Part shown: positions 35,701 to 50,700 of the stretch, piece by piece
Layout: each line of letters starts with the position of its first letter
How positions within the stretch are numbered: position 1 is the first letter of the stretch
Source of the DNA: Eledone cirrhosa
Lineage: Eukaryota
DNA length: 64,000 nucleotides
Reading direction: 5' to 3'
Assembly: GCA_964016885.1 (NCBI GenBank)
Contig: OZ024744.1
Span: 100,998,001 to 101,062,000, forward strand
Made by a program: the position numbers and the translations under genes
The notes under the pieces: model-generated
What the model was told of the DNA's origin: nothing
What the model saw: the letters and a program-made list of their open reading frames with translations, nothing else
The model's database searches: none

Positions 35701-38700
35701 TGGTGTAAAGGCTAACACTAAAGTTATTGTATATAGTTACTATTTTGGACAGGGACTGTTGTCAGCTCCCATTTGGTGTAAAGGTTAACACTAAAGTTAT
35801 CGTATATAGTTCCTAATTTGGACAGGGACTGTTGTCAGCTCCCATTTGGTGTAAAGGGTATCACTAAATTTATTGTATATAGTTCCTAATTTAGACAGGG
35901 ACTGTTGTCAGCTCCCATTTGGTGTAAAGGTTAACACTAAAGTTATTGTATATAGTTCCTAATTTGGACAGGGACTGTTGTCAGCTCCCATTTGGTGTAA
36001 AGGTTAACACTAAAGTTATTGTATATAGTTCCTAATTTGGACAGAGACTGTTGTCAGCTCCCATTTGGTGTAAAGGTTAACACTAAATTTATTGTATATA
36101 GTTCCTAATTTGGACAGAGACTGTTGTCAGCTCCCATTTGATGTAAAGGTTAACACTAAAGTTATTGTATATAGTTCCTAATTTGGACAGAGACTGTTGT
36201 CAGCTCCCATTTGGTGTAAAGGTTAACACTAAAGTTATTGTATATAGTCCCTAATTTTGACAGGGACTGTTGTCAGCTCCCATTTGGTGTAAAGGTTAAC
36301 ACTAAAGTTATTGTATAGTTCCTAATTTGGACAGGGACTGTTGTCAACTCCCATTTGGTGTAAAGGTTAACACTAAAGTTATTGTATATAGTTCCTAATT
36401 TGGACAGGGACTGTTGTCAGCTCCCATTTGGTGTAAAGGTTAACACTAAAGTTATTGTATAGTTCCTAATTTGGACAGAGACAGTTGTCAGCTCCCATTT
36501 GGTGAAAAGGTTAACACTAAAGTTATTGTATAGTTCCTAATTTGGACAGGGACTGTTGTCAGCTCCCATTTGGTGTATAGGTTAACACTAAAGTTATTGT
36601 ATATAGTTCCTAATTTGGACAGGGACAATTGTCAGCTCCCATTTGGTGTAAAGCTTAACACTAAAGTTATTGTATATAGTTCCTAATTTGGACAGAGACT
36701 GTTGTCAGCTCCCATTTGGTGTAAAGGTTAACACTAAAGTTATTGTATATAGTTCCTAATTTGGACAGAGACTGTTGTCAGCTCCCATTTGGTGTAAAGG
36801 TTAACACTAAAGTTATTGTATAGTTCCTAATTTGGACAGGGACTGTTGTCAGCTCCCATTTGGTGTATAGGTTAACACTAAAGTTATTGTATATAGTTCC
36901 TAATTTGGACAGGGACAATTGTCAGCTCCCATTTGGTGTAAAGCTTAACACTAAAGTTATTGTATAGTTCCTAATTTGGACAGAGATAGTTGTCAGCTCC
37001 CATTTGGTGTAAAGGTTAACACTAAAGTTATTGTATATAGTTCCTAATTTGGACAGGGACAGTTGTCAGCTCCCATTTGGTGTAAAGCTTAACACTAAAG
37101 TTATTGTATATAGTTCCTAATTTGGACAGAGACTGTTGTCAGCTCCCATTTGGTGTAAAGGTTAACACTAAAGTTATTGTATATAGTTCCTAATTTGGAC
37201 AGAGAGTGTTGTCAGCTCCCATTTGGTGTAAAGGTTAACACTAAAGTTATTGTATATAGTTCCTATTTTGGACAGAGACTGTTGTCAGCTCCCATTTGGT
37301 GTAAAGGTTAACGCTGAAGTTATTGTATATAGTCCCTAATTTGGACAGGGACTGTTGTCAGCTCCCATTTGGTGTAAAGGTTAACACTAAAGTTATTGTA
37401 TATAGTTCCTAATTTGGACAGGGACTGTTGTCAGCTCCCATTTGGTGTAAAGGTTAACACTAAAGTTATTGTATATAGTTCCTAATTTGGACAGAGACTG
37501 TTGTCAGCTCCCATTTGGTGTAAAGGTTAACACTAAAGTTATTGTATATAGTCCCTAATTTTGACAGGGACTGTTGTCAGCTCCCATTTGGTGTAAAGGT
37601 TAACACTAAAGTTATTGTATAGTTCCTAATTTGGACAGGGACTGTTGTCAACTCCCATTTGGTGTAAAGGTTAACACTAAAGTTATTATATATAGTTCCT
37701 AATTTGGACAGAGACTGTTGTCAGCTCCCATTTGGTGTAAAGGTTAACACTAAAGTTATTGTATAGTTCCTAATTTGGACAGGGACTGTTGTCAGCTCCC
37801 ATTTGATGTAAAGGTTAACACTAAAGTTATTATATATAGTTCCTAATTTGGACAGAGACTGTTGTCAGCTCCCATTTGGTGTAAAGGTTAACACTAAAGT
37901 TATTGTATATAGTTCCTATTTTGGACAGGGACTGTTGTCAGCTCCCATTTGGTGTAAAGGTTAAAACTAAAGTTATTATATATAGTTCCTAATTTGGACA
38001 GAGACTGTTGTCAGCTCCCATTTGGTGTAAAGGTTAACACTAAAGTTATTGTATATAGTTCCTAATTTGGACAGGGATTGTTGTCAGCTCCCATTTGGTG
38101 TAAAGGTTAACACTAAAGTTATTGTATATAGTTCCTAATTTGGACAGGGACTGTTGTCAGCTCCCATTTGGTGTAAAGGTTAACACTAAAGTTATTATAT
38201 ATAGTTCCTAATTTGGACAGAGACTGTTGTCAGCTCCCATTTGGTGTAAAGGTTATCACTAAAGTTATTATATATAGTTCCTAATTTGGACAGGGACTGT
38301 TGTCAGCTCCCATTTGGTGTAAAGGTTAACACTAAAGTTATTGTATATAGTTCCTAATTTGGACAGGGACTGTTGTCAGCTCCCATTTGGTGTAAAGATT
38401 AACACTAAAGTTATTGTATATAGTTCCTAATTTGGACAGAGACTGTTGTCAGCTCCCATTTGGTGTAAAGGTTAACACTAAAGTTATTGTATATAGTTCC
38501 TAATTTGGACAGAGACTGTTGTCAGCTCCCACTTGGTGTAAAGGTTAACACTAAATTTATTGTATATAGTTCCTAATTTGGACAGAGACTGTTGTCAGCT
38601 CCCATTTGATGTAAAGGTTAACACTAAAGTTATTGTATATAGTTCCTAATTTGGACAGAGACTGTTGTCAGCTCCCATTTGGTGTAAAGGTTAACACTAA

Positions 38701-41700
38701 AGTTATTGTATATAGTCCCTAATTTTGACAGGGACTGTTGTCAGCTCCCAATTGGTGTAAAGGTTAACACTAAAGTTATTGTATAGTTCCTAATTTGGAC
38801 AGGGACTGTTGTCAACTCCCATTTGGTGTAAAGGTTAACACTAAAGTTATTGTATATAGTTCCTAATTTGGACAGAGACTGTTGTCAGCTCCCATTTGGT
38901 GTAAAGGTTATCACTAAAGTTATTGTATATAGTTCCTAATTTGGACAGAGACTGTTGTCAGCTCCCATTTGGTGTAAAGGTTAACACTAAAGTTATTGTA
39001 TATAGTTCCTAATTTGGACAGGGACTGTTGTCAGCTCCCATTTGGTGTAAAGGTTAACACTAAAGTTATTGTATATAGTTCCTAATTTGGACAGGGACTG
39101 TTGTCAGCTCCCATTTGGTGTAAAGGTTAACACTAAAGTTATTGTATATAGTTCCTAATTTGGACAGGCACTGTTGTCAGCTCCCATTTGGTGTAAAGGT
39201 TAACACTAAAGTTATTGTATATAGTTCCTAATTTGGACAGGGACTGTTGTCAGCTCCCATTTGGTGTAAAGGTTAACACTAAAGTTATTGTATATAGTTC
39301 CTAATTTGGACAGGCACTGTTGTCAGCTCCCATTTGGTGTAAAGGTTAACACTAAAGTTATTGTATATAGTTCCTAATTTGGACAGGGACTGTTGTCAGC
39401 TCCCATTTGGTGTAAAGGTTATCACTAAAGTTATTGTATATAGTTCCTAATTTAGACAGGGACTGTTGTCAGCTCCCATTTGGTGTAAAGGTTAACACTA
39501 AAGTTATTATAAATAGTTCCTAATTTGGACAGAGACAGTTGTCAGCTCCCATTTGGTGTAAAGGTTAACACTAAAGTTATTGTATAGTTCCTAATTTGGA
39601 CAGGGACTGTTGTCAGATCCCATTTGGTGTATAGGTTAACACTAAAGTTAATGTATATAGTTCCTAATTTGGACAGGGACTGTTGTCAGTTCCCATTTGG
39701 TGTAAAGGTTAACACTGAAGTTATTGTATATAGTTCCTATTTTGGACAGGGACTGTTGTCAGCTCCCATTTGGGGTAAAGGTTAACACTAAAGTTATTGT
39801 ATATAGTTCCTAATTTGGACAGAGACAGTTGTCAGCTCCCATTTGGTGTAAAGGTTAACACTAAAGGTATTGTATATAGTCCCTAATTTTGACAGGGATT
39901 GTTGTCAGCTCCCATTTGGTGTAAAGGTTAACACTAAAGTTATTGTATATAGTTCCTAATTTGGACAGAGACAGTTGTCAGCTCCCATTTGATGTAAAGG
40001 TTATCACTAAAGTTATTGTATATAGTTACTAATTTGGACAGAGACTGTTGTCAGCTCCCATTTGGTGTAAAGGTTAACACTAAAGTTATTGTATATAGTT
40101 CCTAATTTGGACAGAGACCGTTGTCAGCTCCCATTTGATGTAAAGGTTATCACTAAAGTTATTGTATATAGTTCCTAATTTGGACAGAGACAGTTGTCAG
40201 CTCCCATTTGATGTAAAGGTTAACACTAAAGTTATTGTATATAGTTCCTAATTTGGACAGAGACTGTTGTCAGCTCCCATTTGGTGTAAAGGTTAACACT
40301 AAAGTTATTGTATATAGTTCCTAATTTGGACAGTGACTGTTGTCAGCTCCCACTTGGTGTAAAGGTTCACACTAAATTTATTGTATATAGTTCCTAATTT
40401 GGACAGAGACTGTTGTCAGCTCCCATTTGATGTAAAGGTTAACACTAAAGTTATTGTATATAGTTCCTAATTTGGACAGAGACTGTTGTCAGCTCCCATT
40501 TGGTGTAAAGGTTAACACTAAAGTTATTGTATATAGTCCCTAATTTTGACAGGGACTGTTGTCAGCTCCCAATTGGTGTAAAGGTTAACAATAAAGTTAT
40601 TGTATAGTTCCTAATTTGGACAGGGACTGTTGTCAACTCCCATTTGGTGTAAAGGTTAACACTAAAGTTATTGTATATAGTTCCTAATTTGGACAGGGAC
40701 TGTTGTCAGCTCCCATTTGGTGTAAAGGTTAACACTAAAGTTATTGTATAGTTCCTAATTTGGACAGAGACAGTTGTCAGCTCCCATTTGGTGTAAAGGT
40801 TAACACTAAAGTTATTGTATAGTTCCTAATTTGGACAGGGACTGTTGTCAGCTCCCATTTGGTGTATAGGTTAACACTAAAGTTATTGTATATAGTTCCT
40901 AATTTGGACAGGGACTGTTGTCAGTTCCCATTTGGTGTAAAGGTTAACACTGAAGTTATTGTATATAGTTCCTATTTTGGACAGGGACTGTTGTCAGCTC
41001 CCATTTGGGGTAAAGGTTAACACTAAAGTTATTGTATATAGTTCCTAATTTGGACAGAGACAGTTGTCAGCTCCCATTTGGTGTAAAGGTTAACACTAAA
41101 GGTATTGTATATAGTCCCTAATTTTGACAGGGACTGTTGTCAGCTCCCATTTGGTGTAAAGGTTAACACTAAAGTTATTGTATATAGTTCCTAATTTGGA
41201 CAGAGACAGTTGTCAGCTCCCATTTGATGTAAAGGTTAACACTAAAGTTATTGTATATAGTTCCTAATTTGGACAGGGACTGTTGTCAGCTCCCATTTGG
41301 TGTAAAGGTTAACACTAAAGTTATTGTATATAGTTCCTAATTTGGACAGAGACTGTTGTCAGCTCCCATTTGGTGTAAAGGTTATCACTAAAGTTATTGT
41401 ATATAGTTACTAATTTGGACAGGGACTGTTGTCAGCTCCCATTTGGTGTAAAGGTTAACACTAAAGTTATTGTATATAGTTCCTAATTTGGACAGGGACT
41501 GTTGTCAGCTCCCATTTGGTGTAAAGATTAACACTAAAGTTATCGTATATAGTTCCTAATTTGGACAGAGACTGTTGTCAGCTCCCATTTGGTGTAAAGG
41601 TTAACACTAAAGTTATTGTATATAGTTCCTAATTTGGACAGAGACTGTTGTCAGCTCCCACTTGGTGTAAAGGTTAACACTAAATTTATTGTATATAGTT

Positions 41701-44700
41701 CCTAATTTGGACAGAGACTGTTGTCAGCTCCCATTTGGTGTAAAGGTTAACACTAAAGTTATTGTATAGTTCCTAATTTGGACAGAGACAGTTGTCAGCT
41801 CCCATTTGGTGTAAAGGTTAACACTAAAGTTATTGTATAGTTCCTAATTTGGACAGGGACTGTTGTCAGCTCCCATTTGGTGTATAGGTTAACACTAAAG
41901 TTATTGTATATAGTTCCTAATTTGGACAGGGACAATTGTCAGCTCCCATTTGGTGTAAAGCTTAACACTAAAGTTATTGTATATAGTTCCTAATTTGGAC
42001 AGAGACTGTTGTCAGCTCCCATTTGGTGTAAAGGTTAACACTAAAGTTATTGTATATAGTTCCTAATTTGGACAGAGACTGTTGTCAGCTCCCATTTGGT
42101 GTAAAGGTTAACACTAAAGTTATTGTATAGTTCCTTGTTTGGACAGGGACTGTTGTCAGCTCCCATTTGGTGTATAGGTTAACACTAAAGTTATTGTATA
42201 TAGTTCCTAATTTGGACAGGGACAATTGTCAGCTCCCATTTGGTGTAAAGCTTAATGCTAAACTTATTGTATAGTTCCTAATTTGGACAGAGATAGTTGT
42301 CAGCTCACATTTGGTGTAAAGGTTAACACTAAAGTTATTGTATATAGTTCCTAATTTGGACAGGGACAGTTGTCAGCTCCCATTTGGTGTAAAGCTTAAC
42401 ACTAAAGTTATTGTATATAATTCCTAATTTGGACAGAGACTGTTGTCAGCTCCCATTTGGTGTAAAGGTTAACACTAAAGTTATTGTATATAGTTCCTAA
42501 TTTGGACAGAGACTGTTGTCAGCTCCCATTTGGTGTAAAGGTTAACACTAAAGTTATTGTATATAGTCCCTAATTTTGACAGGGACTGTTGTCAGCTCCC
42601 ATTTGGTGTAGAGGCTAACACTAAAGTTATTGTATAGTTCCTAATTTGGACAGGGACTGTTGTCAACTCCCATTTGGTGTAAAGGTTAACACTAAAGTTA
42701 TTGTATATAGTTACTAATTTGGACAGGGACTGTTGTCAGCTCCCATTTGGTGTAAAGGTTAACACTAAAGTTATTGTATATAGTTCCTAATTTGGACAGG
42801 GACTGTTGTCAGCTCCCATTTGGTGTAAAGGTTAACACTAAAGTTATTGTATATAGTTCCTATTTTGGACAGAGACTGTTGTCAGCTCCCATTTGGTGTA
42901 AAGGTTAACACTGAAGTTATTGTATATAGTTCCTAATTTGGACAGGGACTGTTGTCAGCTCCCATTTGGTGTAAAGGTTAACACTGAAGTTATTGTATAT
43001 AGTTCCTAATTTGGACAGGGACTGTTGTCAGCTCCCATTTGGTGTAAAGGTTAACACTAAAGTTATTGTATAGTTCCTAATTTGGACAGGGACTGTTGTC
43101 AACTCCCATTTGGTGTAAAGGCTAACACTAAAGTTATTGTATATAGTCCCTAATTTTGACAGGGACTGTTGTCAGCTCCCATTTGGTGTAAAGGTTAACA
43201 CTAAAGTTATTGTATATAGTTCCTAATTTGGACAGGGACTGTTGTCAGCTCCCATTTGGTGTAAAGGTTAACACTAAAGTTATTGTATATAGTTCCTATT
43301 TTGGACAGAGACTGTTGTCAGCTCCCATTTGGTGTAAAGGTTAACACTGAAGTTATTGTATATAGTTCCTAATTTGGACAGGGACTGTTGTCAGCTCCCA
43401 TTTGGTGTAAAGGTTAACACTAAAGTTATTGTATATAGTTCCTAATTTGGACAGGGACTGTTGTCAGCTCCCATTTGGTGTAAAGGTTAACACTAAAGTT
43501 ATTGTATATAGTCCCTAATTTTGACAGGGACTGTTGTCAGCTCCCATTTGGTGTAAAGGTTAACACTAAAGTTATTGTATATAGTTCCTAATTTGGACAG
43601 GGACTGTTGTCAGCTCCCATTTGGTGTAAAGGTTAACACTAAAGTTATTGTATATAGTTCCTAATTTGGACAGGGACTGTTGTCAGCTCCCATTTGGTGT
43701 AAAGGTTAACACTAAAGTTATTGTATATAGTCCCTAATTTTGACAGGGACTGTTGTCAGCTCCCATTTGGTGTAAAGGTTAACACTAAAGTTATTGTATA
43801 GTTCCTAATTTGGACAGGGACTGTTGTCAACTCCCATTTGGTGTAAAGGTTAACACTAAAGTTATTATATATAGTTCCTAATTTGGACAGAGACTGTTGT
43901 CAGCTCCCATTTGGTGTAAAGGTTAACACTAAAGTTATTGTATATAGTTCCTAATTTGGACAGGGATTGTTGTCAGCTCCCATTTGGTGTAAAGGTTAAC
44001 ACTAAAGTTATTGTATATAGTTCCTAATTTGGACAGGGACTGTTGTCAGTTCCCATTTGGTGTAAAGGTTAACACTGAAGTTATTGTATATAGTTCCTAT
44101 TTTGGACAGGGACTGTTGTCAGCTCCCATTTGGTGTAAAGGTTAACACTAAAGTTATTGTATATAGTCCCTAATTTTGAGAGGGACTGTTGTCAGCTCCC
44201 ATTTGGTGTAAAGGTTAACACTAAAGTTATTGTATATAGTTCCTAATTTGGACAGAGACAGTTGTCAGGTCCCATTTGGTGTAAAGGTTAACACTAAAGT
44301 TATTGTATATAGTCCCTAATTTTGACAGGGACTGTTGTCAGCTCCCATTTGGTGTAAAGGTTAACACTAAAGTTATTGTATAGTTCCTAATTTGGACAGA
44401 GACAGTTGTCAGCTCCCATTTGGTGTAAAGGTTAACACTAAAGTTATTGTATATAGTTCCTAATTTGGACAGAGACAGTTGTCAGCTCCCATTTGATGTA
44501 AAGGTTATCACTAAAGTTATTGTATATAGTTCCTAATTTAGACAGAGACTGTTGACAGCTCCCATTTGGTGTAAAGGTTAACACTAAAGTTATTGTATAT
44601 AGTTCCTAATTTGGACAGAGACTGTTGACAGCTCCCATTTGGTGTAAAGATTAACACTAAAGCTATTATATATAGTTCCTAATTTGGACAGAGACAGTTG

Positions 44701-47700
44701 TCAGCTCCCATTTGGTGTAAAGATTAACACTAAAGCTATTGTATATAGTCCCTAATTTGGACAGAGACTGTTGTCAGCTCCCATTTGGTGTAAAGGTTAA
44801 CACTAAAGTTATTGTATATAGTTCCTAATTTGGACAGAGAGTGTTGTCAGCTCCCATTTGGTGTAAAGGCTAACACTAAAGTTATTGTATATAGTTCCTA
44901 TTTTGGACAGGGACTGTTGTCAGCTCCCATTTGGGGTAAAGGTTAACACTAAAGTTATTGTATATAGTTCCTAATTTGGACAGAGACAGTTGTCAGCTCC
45001 CATTTGGTGTAAAGGTTAACACTAAAGGTATTGTATATAGTCCCTAATTTTGACAGGGACTGTTGTCAGCTCCCATTTGGTGTAAAGGTTAACACTAAAG
45101 TTATTGTATATAGTTCCTAATTTGGACAGAGACAGTTGTCAGCTCCCATTTGATGTAAAGGTTATCACTAAAGTTATTGTATATAGTTACTAATTTGGAC
45201 AGGGACTGTTGTCAGCTCCCATTTGGTGTAAAGGTTAACACTAAAGTTATTGTATATAGTTCCTAATTTGGACAGGGACTGTTGTCAGCTCCCATTTGGT
45301 GTAAAGATTAACACTAAAGTTATTGTATATAGTTCCTAATTTGGACAGAGACTGTTGTCAGCTCCCATTTGGTGTAAAGGTTAACACTAAAGTTATTGTA
45401 TATAGTTCCTAATTTGGACAGAGACTGTTGTCAGCTCCCACTTGGTGTAAAGGTTAACACTAAATTTATTGTATATAGTTCCTAATTTGGACAGAGACTG
45501 TTGTCAGCTCCCATTTGGTGTAAAGGTTAACACTAAAGTTATTGTATAGTTCCTAATTTGGACAGAGACAGTTGTCAGCTCCCATTTGGTGTAAAGGTTA
45601 ACACTAAAGTTATTGTATAGTTCCTAATTTGGACAGGGACTGTTGTCAGCTCCCATTTGGTGTATAGGTTAACACTAAAGTTATTGTATATAGTTCCTAA
45701 TTTGGACAGGGACAATTGTCAGCTCCCATTTGGTGTAAAGCTTAACACTAAAGTTATTGTATATAGTTCCTAATTTGGACAGAGACTGTTGTCAGCTCCC
45801 ATTTGGTGTAAAGGTTAACACTAAAGTTATTGTATATAGTTCCTAATTTGGACAGAGACTGTTGTCAGCTCCCATTTGGTGTAAAGGTTAACACTAAAGT
45901 TATTGTATAGTTCCTAGTTTGGACAGGGACTGTTGTCAGCTCCCATTTGGTGTATAGGTTAACACTAAAGTTATTGTATATAGTTCCTAATTTGGACAGG
46001 GACAATTGTCAGCTCCCATTTGGTGTAAAGCTTAATGCTAAACTTATTGTATAGTTCCTAATTTGGACAGAGATAGTTGTCAGCTCACATTTGGTGTAAA
46101 GGTTAACACTAAAGTTACTGTATATAGTTCCTAATTTGGACAGGGACAGTTGTCAGCTCCCATTTGGTGTAAAGCTTAACACTAAAGTTATTGTATATAA
46201 TTCCTAATTTGGACAGAGACTGTTGTCAGCTCCCATTTGGTGTAAAGGTTAACACTAAAGTTATTGTATATAGTTCCTAATTTGGACAGAGACTGTTGTC
46301 AGCTCCCATTTGGTGTAAAGGTTAACACTAAAGTTATTGTATATAGTCCCTAATTTTGACAGGGACTGTTGTCAGCTCCCATTTGGTGTAGAGGCTAACA
46401 CTAAAGTTATTGTATAGTTCCTAATTTGGACAGGGACTGTTGTCAACTCCCATTTGGTGTAAAGGTTAACACTAAAGTTATTGTATATAGTTACTAATTT
46501 GGACAGGGACTGTTGTCAGCTCCCATTTGGTGTAATGGTTAACGCTGAAGTTATTGTATATAGTCCCTAATTTGGACAGGGACTGTTGTCAGCTCCCATT
46601 TGGTGTAAAGGTTAACACTAAAGTTATTGTATATAGTTCCTAATTTTGACAGGGACTGTTGTCAGCTCCCATTTGGTGTAAAGGTTAACACTAAAGTTAT
46701 TGTTTATAGTTCCTAATTTGGACAGAGACAGTTGTCAGTTCCCATTTGGTGTAAAGGTTAACACTAAAGTTATTGTATATAGTTCCTAATTTGCACAGAG
46801 ACAGTTGTCAGTTCCCATTTGGTGTAAAGGTTAACACTAAAGTTATTGTATATAGTCCCTAATTTTGACAGGGACTGTTGTCAGCTCCCATTTGGTGTAA
46901 AGGTTAACACTAAAGTTATTGTATATAGTTCCTAATTTGGACAGGGACTGTTGTCAGCTCCCATTTGGTGTAAAGGTTAACACTAAAGTTATTGTATATA
47001 GTTCCTAATTTGGACAGGGACTGTTGTCAGCTCCCATTTGGTGTAAAGGTTAACACTAAAGTTATTGTATATAGTCCCTAATTTTGACAGGGACTGTTGT
47101 CAGCTCCCATTTGGTGTAAAGGTTAACACTAAAGTTATTGTATAGTTCCTAATTTGGACAGGGACTGTTGTCAACTCCCATTTGGTGTAAAGGTTAACAC
47201 TAAAGTTATTATATATAGTTCCTAATTTGGACAGAGACTGTTGTCAGCTCCCATTTGGTGTAAAGGTTAACACTAAAGTTATTGTATATAGTTCCTAATT
47301 TGGACAGGGATTGTTGTCAGCTCCCATTTGGTGTAAAGGTTAACACTAAAGTTATTGTATATAGTTCCTAATTTGGACAGGGACTGTTGTCAGTTCCCAT
47401 TTGGTGTAAAGGTTAACACTGAAGTTATTGTATATAGTTCCTATTTTGGACAGGGACTGTTGTCAGCTCCCATTTGGTGTAAAGGTTAACACTAAAGTTA
47501 TTGTATATAGTCCCTAATTTTGAGAGGGACTGTTGTCAGCTCCCATTTGGTGTAAAGGTTAACACTAAAGTTATTGTATATAGTTCCTAATTTGGACAGA
47601 GACAGTTGTCAGGTCCCATTTGGTGTAAAGGTTAACACTAAAGTTATTGTATATAGTCCCTAATTTTGACAGGGACTGTTGTCAGCTCCCATTTGGTGTA

Positions 47701-50700
47701 AAGGTTAACACTAAAGTTATTGTATAGTTCCTAATTTGGACAGAGACAGTTGTCAGCTCCCATTTGGTGTAAAGGTTAACACTAAAGTTATTGTATATAG
47801 TTCCTAATTTGGACAGAGACAGTTGTCAGCTCCCATTTGATGTAAAGGTTATCACTAAAGTTATTGTATATAGTTCCTAATTTAGACAGAGACTGTTGAC
47901 AGCTCCCATTTGGTGTAAAGGTTAACACTAAAGTTATTGTATATAGTTCCTAATTTGGACAGAGACTGTTGACAGCTCCCATTTGGTGTAAAGATTAACA
48001 CTAAAGCTATTATATATAGTTCCTAATTTGGACAGAGACAGTTGTCAGCTCCCATTTGGTGTAAAGATTAACACTAAAGCTATTGTATATAGTCCCTAAT
48101 TTGGACAGAGACTGTTGTCAGCTCCCATTTGGTGTAAAGGTTAACACTAAAGTTATTGTATATAGTTCCTAATTTGGACAGAGAGTGTTGTCAGCTCCCA
48201 TTTGGTGTAAAGGCTAACACTAAAGTTATTGTATATAGTTCCTATTTTGGACAGGGACTGTTGTCAGCTCCCATTTGGTGTAAAGGCTAACACTAAAGTT
48301 ATTGTATATAGTTCCTATTTTGGACAGAGACAGTTGTCAGCTCCCATTTGGTGTAAAGGTTAACACTAAAGTTATTATATATAGTTCCTAATTTGTACAG
48401 AGACTGTTGTCAGCTCCCATTTGGTGTAAAGGTTAACACTAAAGTTATCGTATATAGTTCCTAATTTGTACAGAGACTGTTGTCAGCTCCCATTTGGTGT
48501 AAAGGTTAACACTAAAGTTATTGTATATAGTTCCTAATTTGGACAGAGGCTGTTGTCAGCTCCCACTTCGTGTAAAGGTTGACACTAAAGTTATTGTATA
48601 TAGTTCCTAATTTGGACAGGGACTGTTGTCAGCTCCCATTTGGTGTAAAGGTTATCACTAAAGTTATTGCATATAGTTGCTAATTTAGACAGGGACTGTT
48701 GTCAGCTCCCATTTGGTGTAAAGGTTAACACTAAAGTTATTGTATATAGTTCCTAATTTGTACAGAGACTGTTGTCAGCTCCCATTTGGTGTAAAGGCTA
48801 ACACTAAAGTTATTGTATATAGTTCCTATTTTGGACAGGGATTGTTGTCAGCTCCCATTTGGTGTAAAGGTTAACACTAAAGTTATTGTATATAGTTCCT
48901 AATTTGGACAGGGACTGTTGTCAGCTCCCATTTGGTGTAAAGGTTATCACTAAAGTTATTGTATATAGTTCCTAATTTAGACAGGGACTGTTGTCAGCTC
49001 CCATTTGGTGTAAAGGTTAACACTAAAGTTATTGTATATAGTTCCTAATTTGGACAGAGACTGTTGTCAGCTCCCATTTACTGTAAAGATTAACACTAAA
49101 GTTACTATATATAGTTCCTAATTTGGACAGAGACTGTTGTCAGCTCCCATTTGGTGTAAAGGTTAACACTAAAGCTATTGTATATAGTTCCTAATTTGGA
49201 CAGGGACTGTTGTCAGCTCCCATTTGGTGTAAAGATTAACACTAAAGTTATTGTATATAGTTCCTAATTTGGACAGAGACTGTTGTCAGCTCCCATTTGG
49301 TGTAAAGGTTAACACTAAAGTTATTGTATATAGTTCCTAATTTGGACAGAGACTGTTGTCAGCTCCCTTTTGGTGTAAAGGTTAACACTAAATTTATTGT
49401 ATATAGTTCCTAATTTGGACAGAGACTGTTGTCAGCTCCCATTTGATGTAAAGGTTAACACTAAAGTTATTGTATATAGTTCCTAATTTGGACAGAGACT
49501 GTTGTCAGCTCCCATTTGGTGTAAAGGTTAACACTAAAGTTATTGTATATAGTTCCTAATTTTGACAGGGACTGTTGTCAGCTCCCATTTGGTGTAAAGG
49601 TTAACACTAAAGTTATTGTATAGTTCCTAATTTGGACAGGGACTGTTGTCAACTCCCATTTGGTGTAAAGGTTAACACTAAAGTTATTGTATATAGTTCC
49701 TAATTTGGACAGGGACTGTTGTCAGCTCCCATTTGGTGTAAAGGTTAACACTAAAGTTATTGTATAGTTCCTAATTTGGACAGGGACTGTTGTCAGCTCC
49801 CATTTGGTGTATAGGTTAACACTAAAGTTATTGTATATAGTTCCTAATTTGGACAGGGACAATTGTCAGCTCCCATTTGGTGTAAAGCTTAACACTAAAG
49901 TTATTGTATATAGTTCCTAATTTGGACAGAGACTGTTGTCAGCTCCCATTTGGTGTAAAGGTTAACACTAAAGTTATTGTATATAGTTCCTAATTTGGAC
50001 AGAGACTGTTGTCAGCTCCCATTTGGTGTAAAGGTTAACACTAAAGTTATTGTATAGTTCCTAATTTGGACAGGGACTGTTGTCAGCTCCCATTTGGTGT
50101 ATAGGTTAACACTAAAGTTATTGTATATAGTTCCTAATTTGGACAGGGACAATTGTCAGCTCCCATTTGGTGTAAAGCTTAACACTAAAGTTATTGTATA
50201 GTTCCTAATTTGGACAGAGATAGTTGTCAGCTCCCATTTGGTGTAAAGGTTAACACTAAAGTTATTGTATATAGTTCCTAATTTGGACAGGGACAGTTGT
50301 CAGCTCCCATTTGGTGTAAAGCTTAACACTAAAGTTATTGTATATAGTTCCTAATTTGGACAGAGACTGTTGTCAGCTCCCATTTGGTGTAAAGGTTAAC
50401 ACTAAAGTTATTGTATATAGTTCCTAATTTGGACAGAGTGTTGTCAGCTCCCATTTGGTGTAAAGGTTAACACTAAAGTTATTGTATATAGTTCCTATTT
50501 TGGACAGAGACTGTTGTCAGCTCCCATTTGGTGTAAAGGTTAACACTAAAGTTATTGTATATAGTTCCTAATTTGGACAGGGACTGTTGTCAGCTCCCAT
50601 TTGGTGTAAAGGTTAACACTAAAGTTATTGTATATAGTTACTAATTTGGACAGGGACTGTTGTCAGCTCCCATTTGGTGTAAAGGTTAACACTAAAGTTA

